Positions 1-9,489 are shown, counted from the stretch's first letter. The stretch: 64,000 nt of DNA from a virus (IMGVR_UViG_2721755587_000001), one strand, 5' to 3'. Made by a program: numbers and translations. Notes: a model not told the origin generated them from the letters alone.

Positions 1-1098
1 TCAATCCCAAGGTAGGCTAACGTCCATCTCAGAGCGTTCAGGGAACGCCTCCTTGATGTAGATCGCGGTCGTCTTTGCGGTCGTATGGGCTAGCCGTTTC
101 TGGATATCGGCAGCGTCATTTCCATCCCTGGCAGCGTCGGTTGCGCCCAAGGCTCGCAAGTCCTTGAAGACTATTTGATCCGTTACCTTCGCCCGAGATT
201 TGGCGCGTCGCCACATGGAATGCAGGCCCGTTTTAGAGTAGGGCGTTCCGGCCTGACTGGGAAAGAGATAGTCCGTCTTCACTCCATATTTTTTCTTGAT
301 CGCCTTGGCTCGGTCGATAACCACCTGAATGTGGGTCGTGATAACGACATGGACCACCTTGCCGCTGCTGCCGGCGGTCTTGGATGGTTTGAAGCGGATG
401 ACGCCGTCTGAGATTTGGCTCTCGGTCAGATTTCTGACGTCTGTGCCCCGTTGCCAGACCAGGTAGGCCATGTCGATGATGCACTGGAACATCGGGCCGG
501 ACTCGGTCGGTAACTTGTCCTCGCCGACGAGGGCGGCCGCCCGAATCCGCTTGATGGCGTCATGAGTGGGTAGGACCTCTCGGCGCTTAGTCTGGTAGTC
601 GGAAAGGTCCAGGTTATCGCAGGGGTTGTCTTCCCTGAGGCCAAGTTCACTAATCGCCATCTTGAACATCTTTCGGAGGACGTTAGCGTACTTCTGGGCC
701 GAGTTCGCCTTGTCGGAGAAGTTGTCTCTGAGGAAATCGGCGCATGCCTTGGTCGTCACATTGGCCACGAAGAAATCCCGGAAGCTCTCACTGATGGTGT
801 CTGCCATCCGCCCATAGTCAGATTGCACGCTGTCGGTGTACCGCTTGAGCTTCCGCGCCTTCCATTCCGTACAGAGGTAAGGCATCGACCCATCGACCAG
901 GCGCTTGTCCGTGAACAACTCGCTCAGTCGGCTGAACATCTTGCCCTCGCCATCGTCCACCCGGCACAGCTGGATGAGGCGCTGTGTCTTGCCGGTCCAA
1001 GGATTGCGCATGGGGGCGGGCGCGGTGAAGTAGTAGGCTCCGTGGTTGACGATAACGCGCTTCGGCAACCCCTTGTGGCCCTTTCGTGCTCGGCCCAC
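1..1098 (-). CDS. int: Tyrosine recombinase / phage integrase
   Basis: Catalytic motifs: R (WQRGTD), K (PSKT), FKDLR, LAH...TAIY. Confidence 0.92.
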   Translation of the reverse strand: MGRARKGHKGLPKRVIVNHGAYYFTAPAPMRNPWTGKTQRLIQLCRVDDGEGKMFSRLSELFTDKRLVDGSMPYLCTEWKARKLKRYTDSVQSDYGRMADTISESFRDFFVANVTTKACADFLRDNFSDKANSAQKYANVLRKMFKMAISELGLREDNPCDNLDLSDYQTKRREVLPTHDAIKRIRAAALVGEDKLPTESGPMFQCIIDMAYLVWQRGTDVRNLTESQISDGVIRFKPSKTAGSSGKVVHVVITTHIQVVIDRAKAIKKKYGVKTDYLFPSQAGTPYSKTGLHSMWRRAKSRAKVTDQIVFKDLRALGATDAARDGNDAADIQKRLAHTTAKTTAIYIKEAFPERSEMDVSLPWD

Positions 1099-1361
1099 TA
1101 GCGCTTCCTCTGAATCTTGTGCAGCCTGGGTGGTGCAGATCCCATGCCGGATGACGGTGCTGCTGCCAGTGCCGGCGGTGGGGCGCAGGGGTATTGGCAG
1201 TGCATGCGCAGTACCAGTAGGGTATTGTCGGGTCGCTTTCGCGAGGGGATGCCGAGGGCTTGCAGAACATCCATCTGCTTTCCGGCACGCTTGAAGCCAG
1301 TCATCTTCACCAGTTCCTGGGGGGTGAGTTCGAGGGGAGGGGATTCTAGTACGGCGACCAT
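1098..1361 (-). CDS. DUF4224-like putative excisionase
   Basis: Small basic protein LTPQELVKMTGFKRAGKQ...LGIP..RPD abutting int; ATG at 1361. Confidence 0.65.
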   Translation of the reverse strand: MVAVLESPPLELTPQELVKMTGFKRAGKQMDVLQALGIPSRKRPDNTLLVLRMHCQYPCAPPPALAAAPSSGMGSAPPRLHKIQRKR

Positions 1362-1363
1362 GG

Positions 1364-1936
1364 TTACCCCGCAGAACCGAAAAAGGCGGCCAGCAGTGGC
1401 TCGCGGCGGATGAGCTTCCCGCGCTTCAAGTAACGTCGATTGACGTACTTCCGCTGCCTCGCGTGCCAATCCTCGGGGTCGAACTTGTCCCGATACCGTT
1501 GCTGCATTTCACGAGGGGTCAGCTTTTGCGGTTTAGGCTTGCTCTCACCTGGAATCGGTAGGAAGTACGCCTGCAGATGTCCTCGCCGCGTGGCACGGAC
1601 CCAGTCCACGATATGCGCCGAACCATCGTTAACATGCTCGCTGACTAGGCTTCGGATCTGCTCGGCACAAATTCCTGTCAGCTTGCTGGCTTGGAGTGCT
1701 GTGAGAGGTTTGCCATCCTTCATCAGATGCTTGAGCACTTCCCACGTCGGCGAATACTTGCGCGACTTCTTCGGCAGTTCGAGCTCGCGGGCCTTTTCCT
1801 TGACCGCCCCACAGGTGCGACCGGGGAGCAGATGCATACAAGCCTTTACCGGGATCCCTGACCGCCAGATGTCCCGGATGACGTCCAATTCGGGCTCGGT
1901 CCATTTCCTTCTGACGATCTTGATCACGGCTTCCAT
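1364..1936 (-). CDS. Hypothetical DNA-binding protein (KWTEPE Myb-like N-terminus)
   Basis: 190-aa ORF in a tightly packed leftward operon. Confidence 0.55.
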   Translation of the reverse strand: MEAVIKIVRRKWTEPELDVIRDIWRSGIPVKACMHLLPGRTCGAVKEKARELELPKKSRKYSPTWEVLKHLMKDGKPLTALQASKLTGICAEQIRSLVSEHVNDGSAHIVDWVRATRRGHLQAYFLPIPGESKPKPQKLTPREMQQRYRDKFDPEDWHARQRKYVNRRYLKRGKLIRREPLLAAFFGSAG

Positions 1937-2121
1937 TTACATCCCTCGCAGCGCTGGTCCTTGGTGCTTTGGCTGTATTGACAGCCCGTCGACATGACGT
2001 CCAGAACGAAGACCATCCGTGCCATTCGCGTGGTGACGTCCGTTGATTCGGCGTAGATCCATCCGTCCTGGGCGAAATAGCCTGCCTGGCGGTTGTCGTT
2101 GTTGTGGCAGCCGTAGCTCAT
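1924..2121 (-). CDS. Hypothetical small Cys-rich phage protein
   Basis: MSYGCHN...CQY...RCEGCKW; overlaps the next gene. Confidence 0.5.
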   Translation of the reverse strand: MSYGCHNNDNRQAGYFAQDGWIYAESTDVTTRMARMVFVLDVMSTGCQYSQSTKDQRCEGCKWKP

Positions 2122-2256
2122 GCCTCATATCGCATGTGATTGTATGAGGCTAATAATAGCCATATAAGGCTAAACAAGCAAGTTTGATCCTCGTAAAAGT
2201 TCCCCGCTCGGCGGCGGGGATTCTGGCGCGCCGCGTCGTGGTCGCGGGAGGCGGAT

Positions 2257-2439
2257 CTAGCTGGCCTCCGCCGAGAGTTCTTCATGCACGCGCACAATGG
2301 TGATGCGCTCATCGTCAGAGAGCGGTCGAACCTGGCCGGCAATCATGTACTCGAGCAACGGTCGCACCACCGCTTGATCCTCGGCGGCAAGTTCCTCAAT
2401 CTTTGGCGCGATGGCCATCAGGATCTGGGAGTTCGTCAT
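2257..2439 (-). CDS. Hypothetical protein
   Basis: 60-aa ORF downstream of the RT. Confidence 0.45.
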   Translation of the reverse strand: MTNSQILMAIAPKIEELAAEDQAVVRPLLEYMIAGQVRPLSDDERITIVRVHEELSAEAS

Positions 2440-2486
2440 TCCTGGTCATCCCCTTTGTCGAAGCTATGTTGAAAGGTCGGTTTCAT

Positions 2487-3665
2487 TCAGGTTGTATGGG
2501 AGCGATATGCCTTGGTTAGTTGGCGGTTCACTGAATGCCCGCGCTTGCGGACAATGTTTGCGAAGCGAGCCCGATCCGTATGGCTGCCCGTCGCTTGGCG
2601 AAGGAGTCCGAAGTAGCTGTTGGCGGCCGCATGTAAGTCAGCGGCATCCATTTGCCGCAGTCGACGCGCCCCTTCATTGACTGTTCGGGGCCGAGTGGTG
2701 CGTACCCATGGGCTAATGACTTGACCGACAAAGTCGATGCCTCGCTCGACAGGCTGTAGGATGGTTTTGGAAGGATTCAGCCGAGCGCCCAGTTCGCGAG
2801 GCAAGAAGGCTTCGATGTCGTCATGCGCTGCGTTCAGCCACTGGGGCGACTCATGCAGGAGCACGAAGTCGTCCACGTAGCGGACGTAGTGGCGGGCGCG
2901 CACCTGGTGCTTCGCATGCTGGTCAAGCGAGTCAAGGTACACGTTCGCAAAGAACTGGCTGCTCAGGTTGCCGATCGGTAGGCCTCGATGCGCTGGCTGG
3001 TTCAATAGACTCTTATACGGCGGTACCAGCGCCAGCAGTTCGGCCGGCGCTTGCATTTGGACATCCGGGCGCGGATCATGCATCAACACCAATTCGGTCA
3101 GCCACATCCACCAGGGCTCGGTGATACGTGCGGCGAGTTGCGCGCGTAGCACGCGCTTGTCGATGCTGACGAAGAAGTTCGCCAGGTCGCATTTCAGGTA
3201 CCAGGCCGGCCGCGCCCAATTCTTCGTGACACTGCGCACCTTGGACTCGAGGCGGCGCGCGGCGTACAGAGTGCCACGGCCAGGAATGCATGCGCAGCTA
3301 TCTGCGATGAACGAGGCATAGAAGCGCGGAGAAATGTGGTTGTAGAGTAGGTGGTGCACCACACGATCGCGGAAGTCGGCAGCCCATACCTCGCGCGGCT
3401 TCGGGCGTGTGACCACGAAGCAGATCGATCTGCCGGGTCGATAGCTTCCATCGGCGAGCTCGTCGGCAAGCCGGCATAGGTTCCGCTCTAGGTTCTGCTC
3501 GAAGGCGAGGGCATTGTGGGTGTTTCGCTTGTTCTTCCGACAATCGAAGTAGGCCACCACCAAGTCCTCGAAGGAAAAACCAGCAGGAACCGCATCGGCA
3601 TGATCTGCGGACGGCCCGGGCGCGAAACTCGCTACTCTTGTGGTTGTTGTTCTGATTGCCATCAT
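2487..3665 (-). CDS. DGR reverse transcriptase (start uncertain; nearest in-frame ATG is 3665, inside the TR; frame open to 3920)
   Basis: RDRVVHH, YLKCD..NFF, GLPIGNLSSQ (DGR-type GxxxSQ), YVRYVDD, GIDFVG. Confidence 0.95.
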   Translation of the reverse strand: MMAIRTTTTRVASFAPGPSADHADAVPAGFSFEDLVVAYFDCRKNKRNTHNALAFEQNLERNLCRLADELADGSYRPGRSICFVVTRPKPREVWAADFRDRVVHHLLYNHISPRFYASFIADSCACIPGRGTLYAARRLESKVRSVTKNWARPAWYLKCDLANFFVSIDKRVLRAQLAARITEPWWMWLTELVLMHDPRPDVQMQAPAELLALVPPYKSLLNQPAHRGLPIGNLSSQFFANVYLDSLDQHAKHQVRARHYVRYVDDFVLLHESPQWLNAAHDDIEAFLPRELGARLNPSKTILQPVERGIDFVGQVISPWVRTTRPRTVNEGARRLRQMDAADLHAAANSYFGLLRQATGSHTDRARFANIVRKRGHSVNRQLTKAYRSHTT

Positions 3666-3712
3666 TGAAGTTCTGATTCCACGCGTTGTTGGAGTTGCTA
3701 GCGGACTGCGTC
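3603..3712 (-). repeat. DGR template repeat (TR), 110 nt
   Basis: Reads TQSASNSNNAWNQNFNDGNQNNNHKSSEFRARAVRR (10 AAY codons); matches two VRs except at its adenines. Confidence 0.96.
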
Positions 3713-3882
3713 TATTCGTGCTATCTACGTCGCCTCGCCGAAGGCCTGGGCCGATCAGTGGGGAAACTGCGCCAGACCAGCCCTGGTGACTCCCAGCGGT
3801 ATCTGTGATGCGCATGGCGGTGGCCTTGTGAGCCAGCGGCACGACCAGATTAAAAATCGCACGGGCATGACCGCCTTGACGG

Positions 3883-4236
3883 TCATGCAACAGGCGACGA
3901 TGCGGCTCTCCGCCATCCATTGGCTTGCTTCCCGATACTGTTGGTAAGCACTACGGTCTTGGCATACTGCTGCCTAGAGATGAGCCGCTTGTCTACCGAT
4001 AAGCGCAGCAGAAGCTCAGTCACCTGAAGGCGTTCGATCAGGTCCAGTAGATGCGGAGATTTCTCTCGGGCCGTGTTCGCCCGAAATATCAGGACGGTGA
4101 TCTTCACGCACTCGTCGCGGATGACTCCGCCAATCGACGCCTTGTAGTCACGAGGCATATTCTTGGCGAGGTCCGTGACGGCGTCGAGCAGGTCGTATGC
4201 CACCTTGTAGATCGGAAGGCTGGTATGGATGGCCAT
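3883..4236 (-). CDS. avd: DGR accessory variability determinant (Avd-like four-helix bundle)
   Basis: 117 aa; LPIYK..YDL...MPR.YK..IG...IGKQANGW; lies between target and TR. Confidence 0.9.
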   Translation of the reverse strand: MAIHTSLPIYKVAYDLLDAVTDLAKNMPRDYKASIGGVIRDECVKITVLIFRANTAREKSPHLLDLIERLQVTELLLRLSVDKRLISRQQYAKTVVLTNSIGKQANGWRRAASSPVA

Positions 4237-4253
4237 GCTGAATGACTAAATAA

Positions 4254-4880
4254 TCAAGGGACTAATCTGCGGACGGCCCGGGCGCGATACTCGCTACTCT
4301 TGCGGGTGATGGTCTGACCGCCATCACCGAAGGTCTGATTCCACGCGAAGCCGGAGTTGCTAGCGGACTGCGTCGAGGACCAGTGCCATGCCTTCTCGAA
4401 GAGTTCGGGAACATTGGCGTACATGAGACTCAACTCGCGACGTGCCGGCAGATAAAAGTCGGAGTGGCCATCGATTGACAGGCTCCGTGCCCACTGCGCT
4501 GCCGGGTGGGCATGGCGGGAGCAGGACAGTGCCTCGGTGTTTGCCCAACCGTCGAACTCGCTCTTTGCGCCGGTCTCGTCATGGTCAGCACTGCCCCATG
4601 CGATCTCTTCTACCGATGCGTCGGGGTGCGTCGGCACGATCAGGTGATAGTCTGTCTGCCCGTTCTCGCCGCGCATTACCCCGGCATACACGCCTCCCTG
4701 GCCGGCCCATATCTCGCCGATGCGGGGAGTACTGGTGCTTTGCTTGGCGGCAGGTTCCGCTCCTGTTACAAGGCTGTCCAGCCATGCCCTCATGACCGAC
4801 TTCGCGGGAAGGGTCACTTGTGCTTCGCCGACCTGGAAGGTCACGTTCTCTGCAACGTGCGTCATTGGTGTTCGCTCCAC
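4254..4880 (-). CDS. DGR target protein 1, DUF1566/C-type-lectin-like (ATG start possibly 4865)
   Basis: GGVYAG, DFYLPARREL, WHWSSTQ...RARAVRR; C-terminal VR. Confidence 0.9.
   Translation of the reverse strand: MERTPMTHVAENVTFQVGEAQVTLPAKSVMRAWLDSLVTGAEPAAKQSTSTPRIGEIWAGQGGVYAGVMRGENGQTDYHLIVPTHPDASVEEIAWGSADHDETGAKSEFDGWANTEALSCSRHAHPAAQWARSLSIDGHSDFYLPARRELSLMYANVPELFEKAWHWSSTQSASNSGFAWNQTFGDGGQTITRKSSEYRARAVRRLVP
4265..4374 (-). repeat. DGR variable repeat VR1
   Basis: 110-nt match to TR; 13 mismatches at TR adenines plus 1 non-A mismatch. Confidence 0.95.
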
Positions 4881-4925
4881 TGAATAGGTAAAGGAAGGCC
4901 GCTGGCGCGGCCAAGAATGACTGAA

Positions 4926-5579
4926 TTACTGAATTTTTAATCTGCGGACGGCCCGGGCGCGAAACTCGCTACTCTTGAGGTTGAGGCTCTGAAAGCCAGC
5001 ATTGAAGCCCTGAACCCACGCGTCGTAGGAGTTGCTAGCGGACTGCGTCGAGGACCAATAGGGCTCGGCTTCCAGTACCTCACTGCCATCTTCCTGGAAG
5101 AGCAGAACACGGGTCTGTGTGGGGAGCTCCTCCGTATAGGCATATCCAGCCGGAGCGCTGCTGGGGTTCTCACCGTCACGGAAGCCGGCATAGTTTCCGG
5201 CGGTGGGCTTGAGGTTGCGATAGATGAGCTCCAACTCGTCACGCGCCGGGAGGTACCAGTCGTGATTCCCGTTGACCTGCAAGCCAAGCGCCCATTTCGC
5301 GAGATCGCTTCCGGCCTCCGCCATGGCAGCGGTATTGGCCGCGCCGTCAAAGTAGCTGAGCGCGCCATCGACGCGGCTACGATCACTGTTCCAGACGCTT
5401 TCGGCGTGCTCGCCAGTACCTTTGGGGGCGACGATGAGCGCATAGACTCCATCGGCTTGTCGGATCTGCCCGGCGTAGAATCCGCCGCCTGCTGCATCGC
5501 CGGCTCGGAGGGAGTCGGCTTCAACCTGGCTGATGGTGGTCTGTACGGCGCTTGCTTCAATTGTTGTGATCGCGTTCAT
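4926..5579 (-). CDS. DGR target protein 2, DUF1566/C-type-lectin-like
   Basis: GGFYAG, DWYLPARDEL, YWSSTQ...FRARAVRR; paralog of 4254-4880. Confidence 0.9.
   Translation of the reverse strand: MNAITTIEASAVQTTISQVEADSLRAGDAAGGGFYAGQIRQADGVYALIVAPKGTGEHAESVWNSDRSRVDGALSYFDGAANTAAMAEAGSDLAKWALGLQVNGNHDWYLPARDELELIYRNLKPTAGNYAGFRDGENPSSAPAGYAYTEELPTQTRVLLFQEDGSEVLEAEPYWSSTQSASNSYDAWVQGFNAGFQSLNLKSSEFRARAVRRLKIQ
4940..5049 (-). repeat. DGR variable repeat VR2
   Basis: 110-nt match to TR; 13 mismatches, all at TR adenines. Confidence 0.96.
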
Positions 5580-5642
5580 TGCTTTCCTTTCGAGAGGTAC
5601 TGCGCATCAATTGGGGGATGGGCTAAGGGTGAGTCGAATTCT

Positions 5643-5840
5643 TCACGTGTCGACGGCTTTGGATGGGGTAAAGACCTGTTTCGCGTGCATGGTCATCTCT
5701 GAGATGGCAGCGGTTAGCTTCCACGAGGGGTACTCACTTGGCAGTTGCTTCTGGAGTGCGACCCAGTCGGACAGTTTCATCTTGACGGTCAGCACCATCT
5801 CGACGTCGCCAGGGTTATCGATTTGGAAGGTCGCTCTCAT
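5643..5840 (-). CDS. Hypothetical protein
   Basis: 65-aa ORF; ATGA overlap with upstream gene. Confidence 0.5.
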   Translation of the reverse strand: MRATFQIDNPGDVEMVLTVKMKLSDWVALQKQLPSEYPSWKLTAAISEMTMHAKQVFTPSKAVDT

Positions 5841-6292
5841 GCTGGCACTGCCGATATTTCAAGCAACTTGGGGAAACTCTTGCCCCACAGCTTGGCTGGC
5901 TTGTACCCCAAGTCTTTGCAAAGCGCAGCCAAAGCGTCGAGGGCCGTGTCCCCGAATCCTGATGCGGATTCCTGGATATTGATGAAGTCCTTGCGCTTGG
6001 CACACCATTGGTTCCCATCGCGAGAGAGCACGGCTCCGACGCGGCCCGCGTAGATCTGCGCGTCCTCGTCCGTGCCGCCCCACTTGGTGGCCAACTCGGC
6101 CACGCGCTCGGCATTTGCGCCGGCGGCCTTGGCTTCAACCAGGATCTGCCATGCGCCGGCCCGGTCAGTCGGATCGCATGGCCAGAGTGCTACTGCGAAG
6201 GGACTCTCACGGATGTCCGCAGCAGCGTCGGGGGACGGCTTATAGATCAGGCTGCCATTGGTATGCAGGTAGTACCAACCGAGGATGCTCAT
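5837..6292 (-). CDS. Hypothetical phage protein
   Basis: 151-aa ORF; ATGA-coupled. Confidence 0.6.
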   Translation of the reverse strand: MSILGWYYLHTNGSLIYKPSPDAAADIRESPFAVALWPCDPTDRAGAWQILVEAKAAGANAERVAELATKWGGTDEDAQIYAGRVGAVLSRDGNQWCAKRKDFINIQESASGFGDTALDALAALCKDLGYKPAKLWGKSFPKLLEISAVPA

Positions 6293-7395
6293 GCTGCCTC
6301 CTTTGCCAATGCCGCTGGCATTACCTTGTTCGGCGCGCAGTCCCAGCCCTTCACCTCATCGGCCGTGAACTTGCCGGCCTTGGACTTATCGGCGGTGTAG
6401 CCGCAGAACCCGGGCGAATGGAACAGTCGGTGTTCCTCGTGCCATACGACGAACAGTGCGGGGGCTCCCGGGAACAGGACATCGCGTAGCACGCCGGCGC
6501 GCTCGAAGTTCATCGCTTCGACGGCCTTCTGCAGCTCGCGCTCGAGGCGTTTGCGGCGGCGGTCGGCATTGCGCTTGACTCGCAGGTTTTCGGGCTGGCG
6601 TGTGTATAGCTCGAAGCTGGCCTCGTTGTTCAGGTCGTACTTGCCGGTCACGACCCACCACATGTTGTTGATGTTGTAATAGGCGGTCCCGGTCAAGATG
6701 CGTCCGTGGTAGTCTGCAAACCAAACGCGCGCGCCGTGCGTCACGATGTCACCATCGGCGGACCGATTGTTGCCACAGTGGTCATCGCCTCCCGGCCGGC
6801 GGAGCGCCGGATCGTAGTGCCACGATTGCTTGTAGTGGTTGTCGATCCATTCAAGTGCAGTAACGCCGCCCGGTCCTCGCTTCGGTTCCTTCTCCGGCTG
6901 GAACTCATACCTGGTGAAGACATTGCACAGATAGTCGCGGATGCAGTTGCGAGTGCGATTCATCTCAAGGCGCTGCAGGTACGTCATGCGGCGTTCCTTG
7001 CCGAAGTCGTACTTGCCGCCGTTCGGGTTCTCGACGTTCTGCGCGTCCTGCCACATCTCGAACTTGATGCTGCGCCCCGACACAGACAGCTCACCTTGTA
7101 GGTCGCCCTTGCGGCAGGTACGCCGCCGCTCCACAGCCCACCGGGCGACCGTGCCGCCGTAATGCTTCACGTCACGCGGATCAATCGGCTGAACAGTGCA
7201 GCCCCAGCCAAGCCTGTTGAGTTGCTGAACAATGCGGGCGAACACGTCGCGCTTGAAATTCCGCTCCCACGCTTTCTCGGCCTTGTAGCCGCCGGCATTG
7301 CGCGCCGCGCTGAGGCCTTCTTCCCAAACGGCCAGGCTGGCATCTCCAAAGGACAGCATGCCGCTGCGCTCAATGCGGCCCTTGGTCATGGTCAT
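6289..7395 (-). CDS. Hypothetical phage protein
   Basis: About 368-aa ORF; ATGA-coupled to neighbours. Confidence 0.65.
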   Translation of the reverse strand: MTMTKGRIERSGMLSFGDASLAVWEEGLSAARNAGGYKAEKAWERNFKRDVFARIVQQLNRLGWGCTVQPIDPRDVKHYGGTVARWAVERRRTCRKGDLQGELSVSGRSIKFEMWQDAQNVENPNGGKYDFGKERRMTYLQRLEMNRTRNCIRDYLCNVFTRYEFQPEKEPKRGPGGVTALEWIDNHYKQSWHYDPALRRPGGDDHCGNNRSADGDIVTHGARVWFADYHGRILTGTAYYNINNMWWVVTGKYDLNNEASFELYTRQPENLRVKRNADRRRKRLERELQKAVEAMNFERAGVLRDVLFPGAPALFVVWHEEHRLFHSPGFCGYTADKSKAGKFTADEVKGWDCAPNKVMPAALAKEAA

Positions 7396-9146
7396 GCTGC
7401 CTCCGCGATCGGCTGACCTACAACGCCTTGTTCGATCCACTCCGCCTGGATGGTCGATGGCAGGCCGCTGGGCTTCGCCTTCAATGTTCCAGCGATGATG
7501 ACAGTACCGATCTCGCCATCCTGCACCAGGGTATCGAGCCAGCAGATCAGGTCGTTCCGGCCAGTTGCATTTAGCACGTCGAACCGATCAAGCACCATGA
7601 ACCGCAAGCCGGACAGGAAGGCGATGGCTTCCGCCAGCATGGCATTGGCTCGCCATTTTTCGGACTCCGAGCGCCACAAGTGCTCGCGGCCTCCGACTGT
7701 GATTGCCATATCCGGTTCGATTTGCACCAGTGGCCAGGACGACAGATCGGCGGCTACCTGAAGTCGTTCGTTCAGCGGATCCAGCGCGCTTTGCATCAGT
7801 TGGGCCGGGATTCCGTCCGGGGAGAGTGCCTCGATGAGTTTTCCCCAGGCCTTCACGTCAGCGTGGTGCTGCGTAGCGTCCTTGGTCTTCTTGTCGGCAG
7901 CAGCAGCTTGGCGCTGGGCCTCTTCCTGCGTCTGGAGTTCAGCGCGCGCCTTCTTGCCCTCTTCGATGATGCGGGTGACCTCGCGGTGCGCTGCGTCGAC
8001 TTCGGCGGACGTCGGCTTAGTCACAGGCGAGGCTTCCAGCGCGCTGATAGCGCCAGCTGCAGCTTCGGCGTCCGCAAGATCACGCTTGTCGTTTGCGACA
8101 GCCGTTTCAAGCAATTTGAGGGACCGTTCATACTCCGGCAGCTTGGCGGCCGCGTCCGGGTCGGCCAGGGTCTCCGGCGGCTCATAGGGATGCAGCACCG
8201 CGCCTTTGATCTCCACAAGCGCGGCACAATGCGGACACGGCACCGGATTTCCGGCCCGGGCCCCGGAGGCCTTAGCCCGCGTTTCTTCAACCGTTGCCGT
8301 CCACTTGGCGAGCTCGGCTTCATCGATCTTGAGCTTCTCCGCAATGCGAGGCTTCCGGGCGGCACGCTCGCGTAGACCAGCGAGTTGGACGGCTTGTTCG
8401 GCGGCGGATTTCGACTGACCATCGAGCTCACCGGCGCGACGCGAGGCATTGCCATGTTCCGTCGTCAGCGACTCAACCTTGGATTGGGCCGCTTGTAGTG
8501 CTGCAGGATCGGCGGAAGGCTTGGCTGCCTCCCAGCCCTCCGCCTTGACGCCACCATAGGCCTCTCCCGCTACGGCGCGCCACGCGGCTTTACTTTCCCG
8601 TGACTTTGTCTCAGCTTCACCAAGTGCAGTTTCGAAGCTGGATGCAGTCAGCGGCGCAACGGTCTTGATCTTGTCAGCATCGCATCCGCGATCGGCAAGC
8701 ATCTGGGCCACGGCCTTGGGCGTCGTCTCGACCCGCATCATGGCGTACAGGAATTCACGTCGCTGGTCCGGGGTGCTACGCGCGAAAAGGTCGGGGTCGA
8801 GCGTGTAGGGCAGGGCAGCTTGCATCACAGAGGCCTGCGCCATGGAGAGGCCTGGGAACTCGAAAGACTGCGTGCCCTTCGGCAAGATTACAGACGCGCG
8901 CCCACCATCCCACTCGAGGAATGCGCTCCCAGCCTTGAAGTCGTCGTGGAGCAGGCCGGCCAGCTGTCCCTTGTTTTTGATCATGGTGCGCGTGACCACA
9001 CCCGTCATGGCTTGCTTGACGGCCTCAATGATGCTGCTCTTGCCGGCTCCGTTTTCCCCAGTCAGCAGGAGAATGGGGGCAGACAGGCTCAAGTGGGCAG
9101 ATCTCACGCCCAGGATGCCTTCGATAGAGATGCGAGACAGTTCCAT
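7392..9146 (-). CDS. SMC/Rad50-like coiled-coil ATPase
   Basis: Walker A GENGAGKS, long coiled coil with CPHC zinc hook, SESE signature, MVLDRFD Walker B. Confidence 0.85.
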   Translation of the reverse strand: MELSRISIEGILGVRSAHLSLSAPILLLTGENGAGKSSIIEAVKQAMTGVVTRTMIKNKGQLAGLLHDDFKAGSAFLEWDGGRASVILPKGTQSFEFPGLSMAQASVMQAALPYTLDPDLFARSTPDQRREFLYAMMRVETTPKAVAQMLADRGCDADKIKTVAPLTASSFETALGEAETKSRESKAAWRAVAGEAYGGVKAEGWEAAKPSADPAALQAAQSKVESLTTEHGNASRRAGELDGQSKSAAEQAVQLAGLRERAARKPRIAEKLKIDEAELAKWTATVEETRAKASGARAGNPVPCPHCAALVEIKGAVLHPYEPPETLADPDAAAKLPEYERSLKLLETAVANDKRDLADAEAAAGAISALEASPVTKPTSAEVDAAHREVTRIIEEGKKARAELQTQEEAQRQAAAADKKTKDATQHHADVKAWGKLIEALSPDGIPAQLMQSALDPLNERLQVAADLSSWPLVQIEPDMAITVGGREHLWRSESEKWRANAMLAEAIAFLSGLRFMVLDRFDVLNATGRNDLICWLDTLVQDGEIGTVIIAGTLKAKPSGLPSTIQAEWIEQGVVGQPIAEAA

Positions 9147-9210
9147 GGTAGTTCCTTGGGTTGGCTCGCCGTGCAGCCAGCGAAGCCTATTGCAATTCGT
9201 GTGTGCATAA

Positions 9211-9232
9211 CAATAGCCGTATACGGCTATTG
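9211..9232. promoter_or_regulatory. Perfect-palindrome operator (one member of the TAGCC-N6-GGCTA family)
   Basis: CAATAGCCGTATACGGCTATTG upstream of the ATPase/DGR operon. Confidence 0.7.
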
Positions 9233-9267
9233 ATGCAAACACTTTCGCTCTTGTAATAACCGGGGGG

Positions 9268-9489
9268 CTACACTAGCTTCCGGTACACGCGTATGGGAAA
9301 GGTCTTCTCGGAGTTGGCTCGCATGAATTCAGCGCCCTTCGTGCAGATGCGTCCCTGGGCGTCCACGCAAAGCACGTCCTCCGATCGAACTCGGTGGTCA
9401 GTGAACCGACGCTTGGCCCTACTGACCCAGGCCATGAAGGATTCGAACTGAAACAGTTCCTCTCCGACGACTACACTCAGGGTGTTCAT
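9268..9489 (-). CDS. Hypothetical protein
   Basis: 73-aa coupled ORF. Confidence 0.5.
   Translation of the reverse strand: MNTLSVVVGEELFQFESFMAWVSRAKRRFTDHRVRSEDVLCVDAQGRICTKGAEFMRANSEKTFPIRVYRKLV

Noticed and set aside
2487-3920. Group II intron or retron interpretation of the RT
   Set aside because: The GxxxSQ motif, adjacent avd and A-specific TR/VR pairs identify a DGR
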